From the human T2T-CHM13v2.0 reference genome, Homo sapiens, in NCBI RefSeq assembly GCF_009914755.1, contig NC_060934.1: DNA of 64,000 nt; one strand, written 5' to 3'. The first letter of the stretch is position 1. Each line of letters starts with the position of its first letter. Under the pieces are notes generated by a model. That model worked only from the letters and a program-made list of their open reading frames with translations. It had not been told where the DNA came from and did not search any database. This document shows positions 31,896 to 45,778 of the stretch, piece after piece. The position numbers were made by a program, and so were the translations under genes.

Positions 31896-32340
31896 ATTAG
31901 TTAATTAAGATTAAGGTTTAATTTTGAGTAACATAAAATTCAGAATAGCTGACATTTTTTCCTTTATTACACATAAAAGAAATCTAGATAGTCTAGGGTT
32001 GGCCATGGCCCCAGACAGCCTCAGGAACCCTGTCTCCTTCTGTTGCATTGTTCTACCCTCCACAGCTTGTAGCTTCCACATCCATGTCCAAGATGGCTGC
32101 TCCAGTTTCAGCCACTACAAACGCATAACACCGGCAAGAACAAGGAAGGACAGCAGAAGGACATATGCACTCTCCTTTCCAATGACACTTCCAAGGAGTT
32201 GCACATACTACCTATGCTTTCATATCATTGTCCAGAACCTCATCACTTGGCACAGCTGCAAGGAAGACTGGTCAGTGTGGTCGGCATTCTGAGTACCCAT
32301 ATCCACAACAAAAAATCGAGGGCACTAGTACCGAGAAAGG
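31896..32340 (-). mobile_element. MLT1 (J-like) solo LTR
   Basis: ccaagatggctgctccag...catatcattgtccagaac...cagctgcaaggaagactgg. Confidence 0.7.
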
Positions 32341-33790
32341 GAGGGGAGTGTATATTTTCCTTACACAGTCTCTTAAAGAACTAGTAAAAATAGGGAAAGA
32401 AGTGATGCTCTGGTCTGACCCCTTCATTTTGCACAACTGGTTGGCAAGTGTCCAGCATAAGCATCTGTGTCTCTTGGCTGCTCTTTCACATCTTGCTCAA
32501 TTACTCCGTGGTTCCTCTTCAGATGATATCCTTCCTATCCATGGTGGCAGAGAGGAGACCCTAGGAAGTCCCTGTCTTGGCTGCTTGAGAGCTGTAGCCC
32601 TGTTGGGAGCATGTGATTGATAGACTACTCTGCCTAGCTCCCACTGGGCTCAGAGAATGCATTAGTGTCACAAAAGAGAGGCAAGAGCACGGGAGAATAA
32701 AACCATGGTCCATTATTTTGCCATGTGACACATCTGTACAGGCATCAAAACGTCATAATATGTATGCAGTTTTATAGTGAACCCAGTCTTTGTGACAGCA
32801 TTTCTGCAAGTTTCTCAATTCTGCATCTTTGCTTCACTGTCTTTGAATATCAGTGACCTGCCATGGGAGGAAGGTAGGCTCATTCTCCAACACTGAATCA
32901 TTGTACAAAGTCTCTTATGACTTAGTACTGAGATTGCTTGCTAAATAAGAAAAGAATAGAATGGGATCTGGGAAAAGGCAGATTTAACATTTATTGACTG
33001 CCCACTATGTGCCAGGTATGAGGCTTGGTGTTCATATACGTGTCTTTTCATGCTAATTACAATTTATGACACAATACAATTTGGTCTGGTAATGACCAAG
33101 CTGGGAGTTCAACCAGGTATCTATGCCTCTAAAATCCATCTCTTTTTATCAAAACAGAAAACAGGAGCAGCCTTCTGTGCAGCTCACTCTCTTTGTCTCC
33201 CTGATCTAGCCTTCCCCCTACCACATTCTTTCACACATTGACTTTGTGTTCATCTTTTCCCAGTAATTAGTAAATTATAACCCCCACATCTCAAATTCTT
33301 GACATTCATTTGCTGTTTCCCAGTAATTCATCCCATTTGGTATTTGCCTTGAAAAAGGATCCAAAGTGCTGGCTAATGCGGCACGCACTCCCTTGCCTGG
33401 ATGCAGCCCTCCACCTCATTTATCACATTGAGCCGCTGGTCCTGAAGTCTGACAGGCAATTCAGGCTTTCTGAATGCAATTCAGGCATTGATTTTAATCT
33501 ATAAAGCTTTCGCGTCTGGGTCCTGGCTGCCATGGAAATGAAATAGCTTCTTGGATACTTTTCCCCATGCTGCTGCTAACTATTCTGATATGCAGGGTTT
33601 TGAGAGACAGTTCTGTATTTCTGATGTACAAATGTCCAATATGAATAGCCTCGTAACTTTAACCATCATTGTTAAACGGAATGGAAATCTTAAACAAGGA
33701 CAAATACATGGCACACACTTACACTTACGGCCCTAGGCAATGAATTTATTGATAACAATATCTGGCTAAAAACAAATTTAAAAATACAGA

Positions 33791-33804
33791 CCACAAGGTG
33801 GCAA
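33791..33804 (+). promoter_or_regulatory. Candidate CTCF motif
   Basis: CCACAAGGTGGCAA matches the CTCF core with 1-2 mismatches. Motif match only. Confidence 0.4.
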
Positions 33805-34027
33805 ACACATTTGGTTTTCAAACAGGAAATCTCGAAGCCCAGGAGGACACTGGGTACCAGGAAACCAGTGGAGAAGCACGATGTTTAGACTTTGGTGTGT
33901 AATCTGATTTTCTCTCACCCACACAGGGGAAGTTGGTGGCAAGGAAATGATTCTAAGATGTATGCTTTGTCAAGGTGGGGGCAGGAAGAATGAAAACTTG
34001 GTGCTTACACTAAAAGTATGGTGGCAG

Positions 34028-34534
34028 GAAATGAGCTATCATTTCAAGTCATGAAAAGACACAGGGAAACTTAAATGCTCATGACTAAGTGAAAGAAGCG
34101 AATCCAATAAGGGTCCATACTGCATGATTCCAACTGTAGAATCTTCTGGAAAAGGCAAAACTGTGGAGACAATGAAAACATCAATGGAGGTCAGAGGTCA
34201 GAAGAGAGGGTTGAATAGGCAGACCAGAGAGGATTTTAAGAGCAGTGGAAGAAGCTATTCTGTGTAATATTATAATGGAGGATACATGTTATCATATATT
34301 TGTCCAAACCGTGGAATGGACAACAGTAAGAATGAACCCAAGTGTAAACTGTGGACTTTGGATGATAACGATGTGCCGATGTAACACATGCACTGCTCTG
34401 GTGGGGAGTGCTGGTCATGGGGGAGGTTGTGACTGTGTTGGGGCAGGGAGTATATAGGAAAGAAGTCTCTGTACCTTCCTCTCAATTTTACTGTGAACCT
34501 AAAACTGCTCTAAAGAAAAAAAAAAAAAAAAAAA
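34028..34534 (+). mobile_element. L1MC-type 3' UTR fragment with A tail
   Basis: ctaagtgaaagaagc...tctggaaaaggcaaaactgtggagaca...tctctgtaccttcctctcaattttactgtgaacctaaaactgctctaaa plus poly(A). Confidence 0.85.
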
Positions 34535-36179
34535 CTGGAAAAAACAAAAGTGCAGTGGCAGGCAGTGTGCCCAGGGAATATGACACCACCTTTGTTCCAG
34601 TCGGCCCTAGAGGCTGGGAAATGGGGGAGGATGACGGGAACTGTAAAGGGGATTTAAACTCTTCCACCACAGTTCTGCTTTCATTCACTTCCCCGGAAGG
34701 TTCTGGCTGGCTGCCCTTACTGCTCACGTGGCTTTCATTCCAAAACGCAATTCCTCACTTCAGCTTTTTAAATTCTGATGACATTGGCGTTAGCAAAGAA
34801 TGTGACAAAGCAGTTGATATGTTGACATATATCCCTAAAAGGATAGAGTTTTAATTAAAAAAATTAAGAATGTGTCCAAAAAGACAGAAACTTAAGTAAA
34901 AGTAGAAATAGAAAAAGATGACTCTGAGGCATTTTCAAGTAGCAAATGATGGTTGAATCCACTCATGGAGTTTTATTTTGCCATGGAAGAAGGCTGGTAG
35001 ACCATGACTTATCATATAGAGAGAGCTGGGTGAAACATAGATTTAATTGAGTCCCTGAAACAGAACTTCACATAAAATGTTCAGTGGCACATATAAGTTA
35101 GGAGGCGGATGCCAGTCTCTGCTCTTATGAGCAGTGAAGCATAAACTCAACTACAGTTTTTCAGGAGCTTCCCCCTGTCCTTTTCCAATTATCCAGCTCT
35201 GTTTAGAAAGTGATAATTCTTCCAACACTAAAAAATACAAGTTTAATATCATAAGTATACTTTTTAGGGTCTGGTTTCAGCAAAGCCCAGCGAGACCGGG
35301 AGATGAAGCTGCCATCAGCTGGCGTCAGGTCAATGCACACATAAATTTTTTCCAAACTAAAAACTGTGGTTGTCTGTGTGATATCAAAACAATTGTATGA
35401 TTAAGTCAGTTCCATCAAGAATCCCTCACAGCAGTTGCTTGGGATGTAAACAGAGACTGACCACATTTTTCCTTTTCAAATGTGAATTGGGTGGCCTTAG
35501 ATGTGTTATCTAGGAGGGACCAGTAGGCAGGAAAGGTAAGCTACCTTTACATTTTCACAGTTCCAAGCAACAACCAACATCCTTGGCTCTTAGGCGGCTT
35601 TGGTGCCTGTCGTCCCTGCCACAGGGCCTCCCTAAGCTCAAGTCCTCCCCATTGTCAGGTCGGCACAGTGGGCACTTGCCCGTGCTCACCAGCACTTTAT
35701 AAGATTGAGTTTGTAACAAGCCCCCTTCAACCCCACCATTGTGGATTGCTCACAAGCATCCTGGGATATACCCAGCGGTGATGAGGCATTGTCCCGGCCC
35801 TTCAGGGGCTCCCGGTAATACTGTTCTCTCAGGCCAACTGCCTTATTATCAGGAATGGCAAAACAGGGTATATAATATTGGGGCTCCTACCTGTTTCCTC
35901 CCAAGGAAAAACTCTGTGCTCCAATTCCCATCCAGATTCTTGGATGTAAAAGACACCAACTGAAGCTCGAAGTGATTTTTCCTTCTCTGAGAACAGCAAG
36001 GACTCAGGGAGATGAGGCTCCAGGGCTGTGTCTGTTTTACACGGCCTGTTACATGCATGTCTGACAGATCCAGAGGAGAATGAACCCAAGGTGGATTGAT
36101 CAGGACCCCACCTCTCTATCCACAATCGATCACCCCAGGAGTAGGTAACAATGTTAGCTATTTGCCTGCAACTAGCAAT

Positions 36180-36585
36180 TGCCTTTTTAAATGGTCAGAA
36201 ACTTAAACTGGGACATCTGACCTGGGAAAGCCAGGCTCATTAGATTATTTCCACAGAGTTGGAACTAAAAGAAGAGGACCATCTCCCCTCTGGGGGTAGA
36301 AGCCACAGGACATAAGACTTTAGCCCTGTGAACAATCCTGTTCCCCGATGGGTTGAATGCTGGTCCTGATTCAAGGTAGTGATGCCTCTGCTCTTCAGAG
36401 AGAAGTAGAGATGAGAGACAGAGACAGCCCTGGGGACATTTGATCACTGGGTCAGAGCTGCCCCTTCCCCACTTTGTTGGCAGTTATATGAGGCACCCCC
36501 TTATTCCTCCAATAAATTCTCTTTTTGCCTGAGCTAATTAGCATTGGGTTTCTATAACTTGCAGGCAAAGCGACACACTGGCAAA
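36180..36585 (+). mobile_element. Old MLT1 (K/L-like) LTR
   Basis: 3' end ccaataaattctctttttgcctgagcta...ttgggtttctataacttgca. Confidence 0.6.
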
Positions 36586-37245
36586 TTTTCTTGCCCTGAC
36601 AGCTGGCCTGTCCCATAATTAGATGACCCTTCCTGTGTTTTTTGGCTCAAATCATCATCCATGTGTCCCTCTTTCCTAAAGGCTGTGTCTGAGTCACAGC
36701 CTGGTGCATGAACCACCCAGGTGCTCAAGATTTCTGGAGAACACCACTCGCTTGTTACACTCAGCTCACCATGGAATTCTCCTCTACTATGGCCCACATT
36801 CTTACCTTCTCTCTGTGATTAGAATTCTGGATCTTGGCTCAATACCTTTCCATCCTTCCATTACATCCTTTCTCTGTGGTTGCTTGGAATTTCTGGCAGA
36901 TGATTGTGCAAAATTGGCAGATGTTCCCCTTCTTCCATCCAGGACTGTGAACTTCCCTGTCCCTAGGAATTTTAAGTAGTAGCCTTTCTTCCTCCTTTCC
37001 CTTTCCTCTTTTAGCATTAGACCCAAAGCCATGGACAATTAAAAATTATCTCCCCTTTCTAGAAATCTGAGAGACTCCTGCTTTAAGGCCTTATTTTGAA
37101 ATATTTGACATTGATTTCGATAGACATTAAGAGATCTTATTTCTGAAAACTATATATAGAGGTCCTTGACATTCTCAGATTTAATTCTCATCACCTCCCC
37201 ATGTAGCAGATATATTTAGGCTGCGGAGCATTTGAATTTCTTTCT

Positions 37246-37574
37246 GGCTGGGCTCAGTGGTTCATGCCTGTAATCCCAATACATTGAGAGGCTAAGGTGG
37301 GAAGATTGCCTGAAGCCAGGAGTTCGAGACCAGCCTGGGCAGCATAGCAAGACCCTGTATCTACAGAAATAAAAAATAAAAATAAATAGCAAGGTACGGT
37401 GATGTGCACCTGTAGTCCCAGCTATTTGGGAAGCTGAGGCAGGAGGATTGCTTAAGCCCAGGAGTTCCAAGTTGCAGTGAGCTATGATTGTGACACAGCA
37501 CTCCAGACTGAGTGACACAGCGAGACCCTGTCTTAAAATAAATAAATAAATAAATAAACGAATAATTAAAAAAA
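37246..37574 (+). mobile_element. AluJ
   Basis: catagcaagaccctgt, ggaggattgcttaagcccaggag; (TAAA)n tail; TSD gaatttctttc. Confidence 0.92.
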
Positions 37575-40500
37575 GAATTTCTTTCCTGTGATTGTAGACA
37601 AAAACCACTTTCTTCTGTAGAAGCTGAAAAGTGCTGATATTCACTCTTCCAGCTTTGCTTGCTACTAGAGCCTACGCACCCAGAGTAGGCTTGGCCCATC
37701 AGATGCACACATCTGGGGCTTAAAATTAGAAGCTAATTAGGCAAAGAAGGAGGAATCATGGATTGTCCATCTGTTAGTGGCAGCAAAAGTGGCAACACCA
37801 ACCAGTCTGTGGGGCAGTCATGGTCACGGTGCCCACCATGGTGGACCAGTGGGGTTCAATGCCCACCGGCAGAGGCATTCAGTGTCTGAATGGGACAACT
37901 GTGACATTGATCTTGGCTGTGGTCTGGCTGCCCAGGCCCACTTTTTGCCTGTCACTGTCTAAATCTTGTTCTCCAGCCTCCCGCCAAGGATTCTGTATGT
38001 CTCCAGTGTCCTTTCAACACATCACTTTTTTATTTAAATTGCTCACAGCAAGAAACTTTGAATCGTCCACCCTTATGGGGTTCACTATAGGCAGTCATTT
38101 ATTTATTCCTTGTGGTGCAAATTTGAAATATGTAGTCTGGAAGGCTGATATGTAAGAGCTGGTCACTTCACTAGTGAGAGAGCCGAGCAGATCTCCAGTT
38201 CCGTGACTCAGTACAACTTTAGTTTTTCCTTGTGAGATGATAAAAGATATTTGTTCCTTTTTGGGGGTGGGTATGAAGCATAGCTGTTCAATTGAAGCTG
38301 TGGGAGAAGTGCAGAGAAAGGGAGACATAGTTCTTACCTGGAAAATAACTTTATAAATGACTTAAGTCCTGTGCACAAAATATCGTCAAAGGTGTGACAG
38401 GATCATTTCCAGTTGGCTTTTTTCATTTTATGACAGAAACTATATTCTGTAGTGATCGTGTGACTATTCGGTTTATCAACTAAACCAGGGTAACACTGAC
38501 AGTGAAAGGGGATGCTATTATTTATCATTCCATTAGAAACACTAAGATAACAGACATAATAATGGTCACCCTAAGTGGTAGAGTGGAGATTGGAGATTCT
38601 AGATGGTCTTGGAGTCCCTCAGACACTAAGCTATCTATGGTGGTGCCTGCCCCACAGCACTCTCTCCATGTTCCTCAATCACATTCTAATTCTTTCTCTT
38701 CAGGACCAGTGCTGGAGACTGACAGGTGTCAGCCTGCCTGCCCCTTCCCCACACTTCCCTATTCATGCAACTGGCAATCCATTCTAGATTTGCACACATT
38801 TCTACAGACACGATTTCCATAGCAACAGCAGGACTCTATAAAAAAGGCACCTGAGCGATGCTCAAAGATAAATCACCCTCTTTCAGAGTCCTCCACTCTA
38901 GGGAATTACAGGCTACTGCCACTCACAATTTCTTAGCTCCTTTTCACATATAGACATATGTACATTTCTAATCCCAGTTTACTGTCTTTCAGTTTAATTA
39001 ATTACGAACATTTTAACCTCTTTTTTAGGCCAGAGATGCTTGCTGCGCAGCAGTGGTTCAGAAGTGTTTTAATGAACTAAGAAGGTAGGAGGAAAAGAAG
39101 TCTCATGTTAAGAGTTCCTACTATGCACCAGGCACTTTTACCTAAATTATCTCCTTTTCATAGAAACCCAGGCAGAACAAGGACACCTCTGCAGCACAGG
39201 CTGAGCTCATGCTAAATTGGCAAATGTTATGTACAACATCCCACTCCCATATCTCATCACCAAGGAAGCCAGAGAAAAAGAGGGTCTTCATGGGGGAAGG
39301 GATAGGAGTGGGAGGAGTGGGTGGCAGGATTGCCAGTTGGGGAGCTGGAAACACAGGGCTCAGGCTGGAGATTCTGTTTCCAAATCATTTGTCTCATCAG
39401 AGCAATGGGGAAGGAGGTGGGAATGAATGATATTGATTTATTTTCTTATCTGAGGAGAATGATGCCCTGAAAGCAAAGAGTATTAAGTAATTGGGCCTTG
39501 CTTCCTTGAACCTACCTGTCAGCCCCAATGAAGTCTCTCCTCCTTTTTTAATTTCAAGAAATCTCTACACAGTGCTATGATTAAAACAAAATTAGCACTT
39601 GTTTAGCTCCCTACAAGAATCTTTCAATTTTCATGATTTCAGGGTCTTATTTGTTTGGTTGGTTTTTGTGCTTTGGAGCAGATATGAAAAACATTTGTCT
39701 TACCTGTACTTGAAAATTCAATTCATTCATTTGTCGTTCATTCATTCATACAAGAAGTATTCCCTCATCTCCTTTTTGGCCTAGTCATGGGGCTTTGGGC
39801 TGAGAAATGCACACAGTCATGGGCCTTATTCTCCTAAGCTTGTCATCTAATTCAAAGAAAGAAATTAACTAGTTCACTATACAATTATGTGATTAAAAAC
39901 TATATAAGGGCAATGAAAAAAAAGTACATGACAATATTAGAAGTGCAAGGGGTGGCCCTTGTTCCCACACTGTCCCACCATTAAGATCTATCCATTTGAA
40001 AAACGCGCATCTTAATGCGTAAGTCACCCAACTCATAGCATAAATAAGGTCAATCAGATTTTTTTCCTCCAAATGGGTTCATGAGATCAGTGGGCTGAGG
40101 AAGTGGGAGGATTTATGGAATCAATGAAGAGTAAAGGAATAATCTAGGAACATAGGACATCCATCGGTGGGCAAACCTGGTTAGGAGTTCCAAACAGCCT
40201 CACTGGAGCAAGAAAGCAACAGGTGCCAGAGAGAGAGAGGGAGAGGGACACAGAATGAGAGGCTGAAAGCACAAGGAAATAGATCTGTCCTAAGGAGGAC
40301 CTTACCCAACGCTGCACACACCTAGACAAAGGGCAAATATAAGATATAGGGAATGACCTTTAATTCATTGATCATTAGTACCCAAGCTACTCAAAGCCAA
40401 TTTTCAATAACTTCATGATTAATAACAGACACAAATGTTTGGCATTTTCTCTGAAACCAAGTGGCATCTTTTTATTAGAGATTTTCCAGATGGCTGTGTT

Positions 40501-41689
40501 TGATGCTGCCAACTATCCCAGATGGAGAGGGTTTCCTCACCTGCACCCAATCTGTATGTACCTCTCTCCAGTTGTTTCCTGTCAAGCTTGGACTCCTGAA
40601 TGAGATAACACTGGAAATGGCTGAGTTAAATGAACAGTTGTTATTTCCAGTTATGACTTAATCCGTGATAATGATTTATATCTGGTTTTATCCTTAATCC
40701 CTTTCCGCTCATTTACCTTAGTGAATCAGATCAAATCATTTATAAACTCGATGTTTCTTTCCCATTTTCCTTTATTTTAGCCAGAGGCCAAGCCAGAGCT
40801 AGGTATGAGAAGCCAGTCCCCAGGGTTGCTTTTCCCTCGGCTTCTACTTGGCTCTGCATATTCCTCTGGATAAAAACAACACCCAAAATGATGGCTCAGC
40901 CAATGCTGTTTTATCAATCTAGAGGCAGAAGTGAAAAGAGAGTTCTCTGGAGTTATTTGTAATCCATTTGCCCTTTCCATCAGAGTCTCTATTGCCAGGT
41001 CTTGAAGAAGGGTATGTGGACCCTCCACTAAGCCCATGTAAAACTCCTCCCTGAGTTGAGGGAAGGGAGTGTCCAAATGCTTTCCAGTTTGGGGTCAGTT
41101 GGGACAGTTTCTGCAAGGGCAATTATCTTCTCCTCCATAAAGAACTAATGTGGATTACCTCTAGAATTTCCCCCTTCTCATAACTCAAGCAAGAATCTGA
41201 ACTTTTTCTTGGAGTCTGAATCTCAATGGGATTTGGTTTTCCACAGATTGGAACCTTTGTATGTAATTCAACACTTCATTTTGATTTAAGAAATGTCAAT
41301 GAGCTTCCTCTATGCGCCTGGGTTTGAGTGATCCTGGGACTGTAGGACTATGTCTACATTTCATCTACAATGTACCTTGGCCATAGCCTTTGCAAACAAA
41401 AAGTTTATCAGTTGCTCACGTTTAAGGCAACTTCTCTGCTTTCAGAAAATTTATAATCTGGCAGAAGAATAATAGCGAGCACACACAAAACAATACATAA
41501 AGTAGTATGATACAACGGGAAGTGTTTTAGGCTGGAAATCAAGAGCTCATATCAGAGTGGTAGCTCTGCCATCTATAGATGGTGACACAACATTTCTTTA
41601 CTTCTCTGAACCCCAAAGTTCTCATCTGTAAGGTGAAGTTGAACTAGATAATATCAGAGGGCTCCCTATGGACTCTACCTATGATCATA

Positions 41690-42100
41690 TTCAAAATATC
41701 TTCTCTTGTCTCCATCTTCACCACTGTTCCCATCCAAACTAGCACTGTCTTGCTTCTCTACATCTGTAAAATTTCCTAGTGCTGCTTCCAGTCTTGCTAT
41801 CCTAGAATTCATTATTGCAGTCAGAGTAATGTTTTGAAAACACGAATCATATCTTGCTACATGCCCCTCCCCCTCTGCCTAAAATCTTCCAACAGCTTCC
41901 AGCTGCCCTTAGAATAGACCATAAGCTGCACAGATGGCTTTCCACACCCTCCGTAACCCGACCTTTCCTCCTGTGCTCTCTGACCTCACTGATTGAGTGT
42001 GTGCAGGAGTGTGTTCTCATCCTCACTCACTATGCTCTTACCACTTCTTTGTCCAAACCATGTCCCAACTAATTCTACCTGCTATTCCATCTAGAAAATT
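41690..42100 (+). mobile_element. L2 fragment
   Basis: gcagtcagagtaatgttttgaaaacacgaatcatatc...ctgcctaaaatcttccaacagcttcc...cttagaataga. Confidence 0.65.
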
Positions 42101-42956
42101 TCCTTTTCAGTGGACTCATATTTTCTGGTCTTTTTGCTTCAGGCACACTTAATTCTCTCTCTATCCCTCGAAGTGCAACCAGGGGATCAATGAGGTAAGG
42201 AAGAGAAATCAAGATTGGATTCTAGTCCAATCGAGAAATTAAGTCGAGGATGACATTAAGGTTTCTAATTTGGGAGACTAATGAAGGCTGGAACACAGAA
42301 GAGGAAGAGCAGGTTTGGAACAAGTGGAAGAAATTTCCAGTGGATAGTTTATTAAATCTTCACCCTTCTTTAGGTCCCTGTTCCTTACCTAGGACATGCA
42401 GCCTTCTTTTTTCAGGAAGAAGATGCTAAGCATAGTTAAAGCTAAGCTGTTTGCTATGCTCAGTGTTTGGACTATTTGGCCAATGCTCTTTGCTATTAGT
42501 CAGTGCCCAGCTGATCCAGGTGTTAACATTTTTCAATATCACTGTTACTAGTGATCTTTCAAGTTCCATGCTTCCCACTCTGAACCTTCCCTTGCTCTAT
42601 TCTAGAAGGTCATCCCCAAGAAGCGCTTCTCAACATTTTCCTCCCCGGGACTTCTAAAGGCAGAAACTCCTGGATTTGAGGGTTTAGAGCCATCCAAGAA
42701 ACAGGCCAAATTTATTTGAAAGCTCTTCTCTTAAATCCTTACAATTCATGAAAATTTATATTCTGCTTCACAAGAAATCTATACTTGTTTCAATATAAAA
42801 ATAATGTTTAAAAGTACTATCAAGCATCACAGTTTAGAGAATGGGCTTCGAAGTCAGAAAGGTCAGAGTTTGGCTTGCGTCTCTGCCAATTACTTGTTGT
42901 TGGACCTGGAGCAAGTTCTTTGACCTCTCTAGGCCTCTCTGTCCCTCATGTGGTTG

Positions 42957-42972
42957 TTGACCACGTGGTCAA
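42957..42972. promoter_or_regulatory. Perfect 16-bp palindrome centred on a CACGTG E-box
   Basis: TTGACCACGTGGTCAA is its own reverse complement. Function is untested. Confidence 0.5.
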
Positions 42973-43131
42973 TGTTCCATAGATTTAGCACCCTGAGGGC
43001 CAGAGTCTATCTTCTCTTCATTTGTGTCTCCCACACAGACACCAGAGGAGTGTCCTGTCCGCAGAAGGCCCTTGGTGTGTGTTCATTCCTCTACATCAGA
43101 CATTAGTGCACCTAGGGTTATCCCGTTTTTA

Positions 43132-43145
43132 CCACTAGATGGAGA
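43132..43145 (+). promoter_or_regulatory. Candidate CTCF motif
   Basis: CCACTAGATGGAGA, a near match to CCACTAGATGGCR. Confidence 0.3.
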
Positions 43146-43276
43146 GCACGTATCCTAGAAGTTTTAATCCATTAGTAAGTGAGAGAGCAAACATTTGTCT
43201 GTCTTGTCTTCACCAAATCAACTTATTGAATGATGACAGAATCATTAAAACTAGCTTTCAATAAATGCAATTATAA

Positions 43277-43627
<351 letters not shown>

Positions 43628-43781
43628 TAATGAAAAGGTGAAAGCAAGGGAGAAACATTAACTTCAGGATAGTGGCTACCTCTGGGGATGGGATAAAATG
43701 GAATTGGGTAGGACGAGGAAACTCTAAATGTATCTGGCAGCTTATTTCTTACTTAAGAAAAGATATGAAGTAAAAAATGTT

Positions 43782-44094
43782 GGCCAGGTGCAGTGGCTGA
43801 CACCTGGAATTCCAGCACTTTGGGAGGCCGAGGAGGGTGGATTACTTGAGGCCAGGAGTTCGAGGCCATCCTGGCCAACATGGTGAAACCCCATCTCTAC
43901 TAAAAATACAAAAATTAGCCAGGTGGGGTGGCACATGCTTGTAATCCCAGCTACTTGGGAGGCTGAGGCAGGAGGATTGCTTCAATCCAGGAGGCAGAGG
44001 TTACAGTGAGCCAAAATAACATCACTGCACTTCAGCCTGGGCAACAGAGTGAGACCCTATCTCAAAAATAAATAAACAAATAAATAAAATCTAC
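43782..44094 (+). mobile_element. Alu (old S / Jb-like)
   Basis: Full dimer with a (TAAA)-type tail; probable TSD aaaatgt. Confidence 0.9.
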
Positions 44095-44522
44095 AAAATG
44101 TCCAAAAATATTAACTTTGGGTGAATTCTGGGTAGTAGGGGAGAAAACTTAGATGTCTCATTACTTTCTGTATTTCTCTGTTTGAATTTTTTTGTAATTG
44201 CAAATGTTTTTTAAGTGAGGGAAAAACTCAAAGGTAAAATTTATGCTTACTGTGTCTAGCTCTATTTATGCTGCCTAACGAGCTCTTCAATGTTCTCAGA
44301 GATATGCAATTTGCAAAAGGAAACAACAACAGAGCAAAAACCATACGGATGTCTCTCTACTTGGGCTCTCATGTTGCCACCCTTCTACTGAACCTTACAT
44401 TTTGCCCTGAAGTTAAGTCTTTTAACGGTCATAGCTTAACTCAATTGCTAATTAGCTCTTGTCTCCAAACTCTATTGTTTTCAACTAATCTGAAAGGTGA
44501 AGAAAAGTTGTTTCCATACATC

Positions 44523-44932
44523 TGTTCAGGTTGGTATTCCATGTAACAAACTACCCCAAAACTTAATGGCATAAGACAACCATTTTATTATGTTCCTGGA
44601 TTCTGTGGGGCAAGAATTTGGACAGAATACAGTGGGGATACTTTGTCTCTGCTCCATTATATATGGGGTCACAACTTGGGGGTGACTTGACAGTGGGGAG
44701 TAACTTACTTGATGACTGAGAGCAAAACTCATTGGGAGGTGTATTCACTCCTGTGTCTGGTTGTTGATACTGGCTCTTGACTGACACCTCAGCTGGGGCT
44801 GTCTACAGAGTCATCTACTCATTACAATCATGTCACTATGGTTGGCTCAGATTCCCAGGGAGAGGTCAGAGACTCCCACCTCTCAATGGGAAGGGTGTCA
44901 AAGAATTTGCATGCATATTTTAAACCCCCCAC
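44523..44932 (-). mobile_element. MLT1 (G/H-like) LTR
   Basis: gtaacaaactaccccaaaacttaatggc...gattctgtggggcaagaatttg...ttttaaacccccaca. Confidence 0.75.
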
Positions 44933-45239
44933 AATATCCTTTTAACTCTGTTGTTACAATGAAGTGGTTTGATAAGTCTGGACCCCACTTTCTCTTTGTT
45001 TACTCAAGTAATCCGTAGGGGGAACATTTAAGTGTATCCACTAAATTGTCTAGGAACATGTCTGGTCAAGTTATAGCAGCTCAGATTATAAACTAATAAG
45101 AATATTTATTTTATTAGTACTATTCCTTGTGAAAGCAGACTAGTTTTTTAAAAAATGACCATTCAACATAAAGGTATACATCATAAATAACTCATAGAAT
45201 GAAATTTTCACCACCAATGAAATATTGTCCAAGGCGGAC

Positions 45240-45778
45240 TCCATTATCTATTGCTGCACAGCAAATTACTCTATAATTTATGGCTTTGTGGATTTAAAAC
45301 AACAAACATTTATTATCTCACAGCCTCTGTGGGTCAGGAATTTGTGAATAGTTTAACTCGGTGACTCTGCCTCGGGGTCTCTCCTGCAGTTTCAGTTAAG
45401 ATATTGTCTAGGACTGTGTCATCTGAAGGCTTGACTGGGGCTGAAGGAGCTGTTTCCAGCATGGCTCACTCTCATGGCTGTTGGCAAGAGGCCCCAGGTC
45501 CTACCATGTGGACTTCTCCATAGGACTGCTTGAGTGTTCTCATGACATGACAACCAGCTTCTTCCAGAGTAAGAGATCCCAAAGAGAGCAAAGAGGAAGC
45601 CAGAGGTATCTTTTATGTCCTGGTCTTTGTAAGTGACATGCTATCACCCCTGCCATATTCTCTACATTAGAAAGTGAGTTACTAAGTCCCACTCACATTC
45701 CAGGCAAAAGACATCAAACTCCATCTCTTGAAGGGAGGCATAGCAAAGACTCTGTGATGATATAGTAAGACTACCACA
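45240..45778 (-). mobile_element. MLT1 (H-like) LTR
   Basis: atctattgctgc...tctgtgggtcaggaattt...catctgaaggcttgactggggctg...ctaccaca. Confidence 0.8.
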
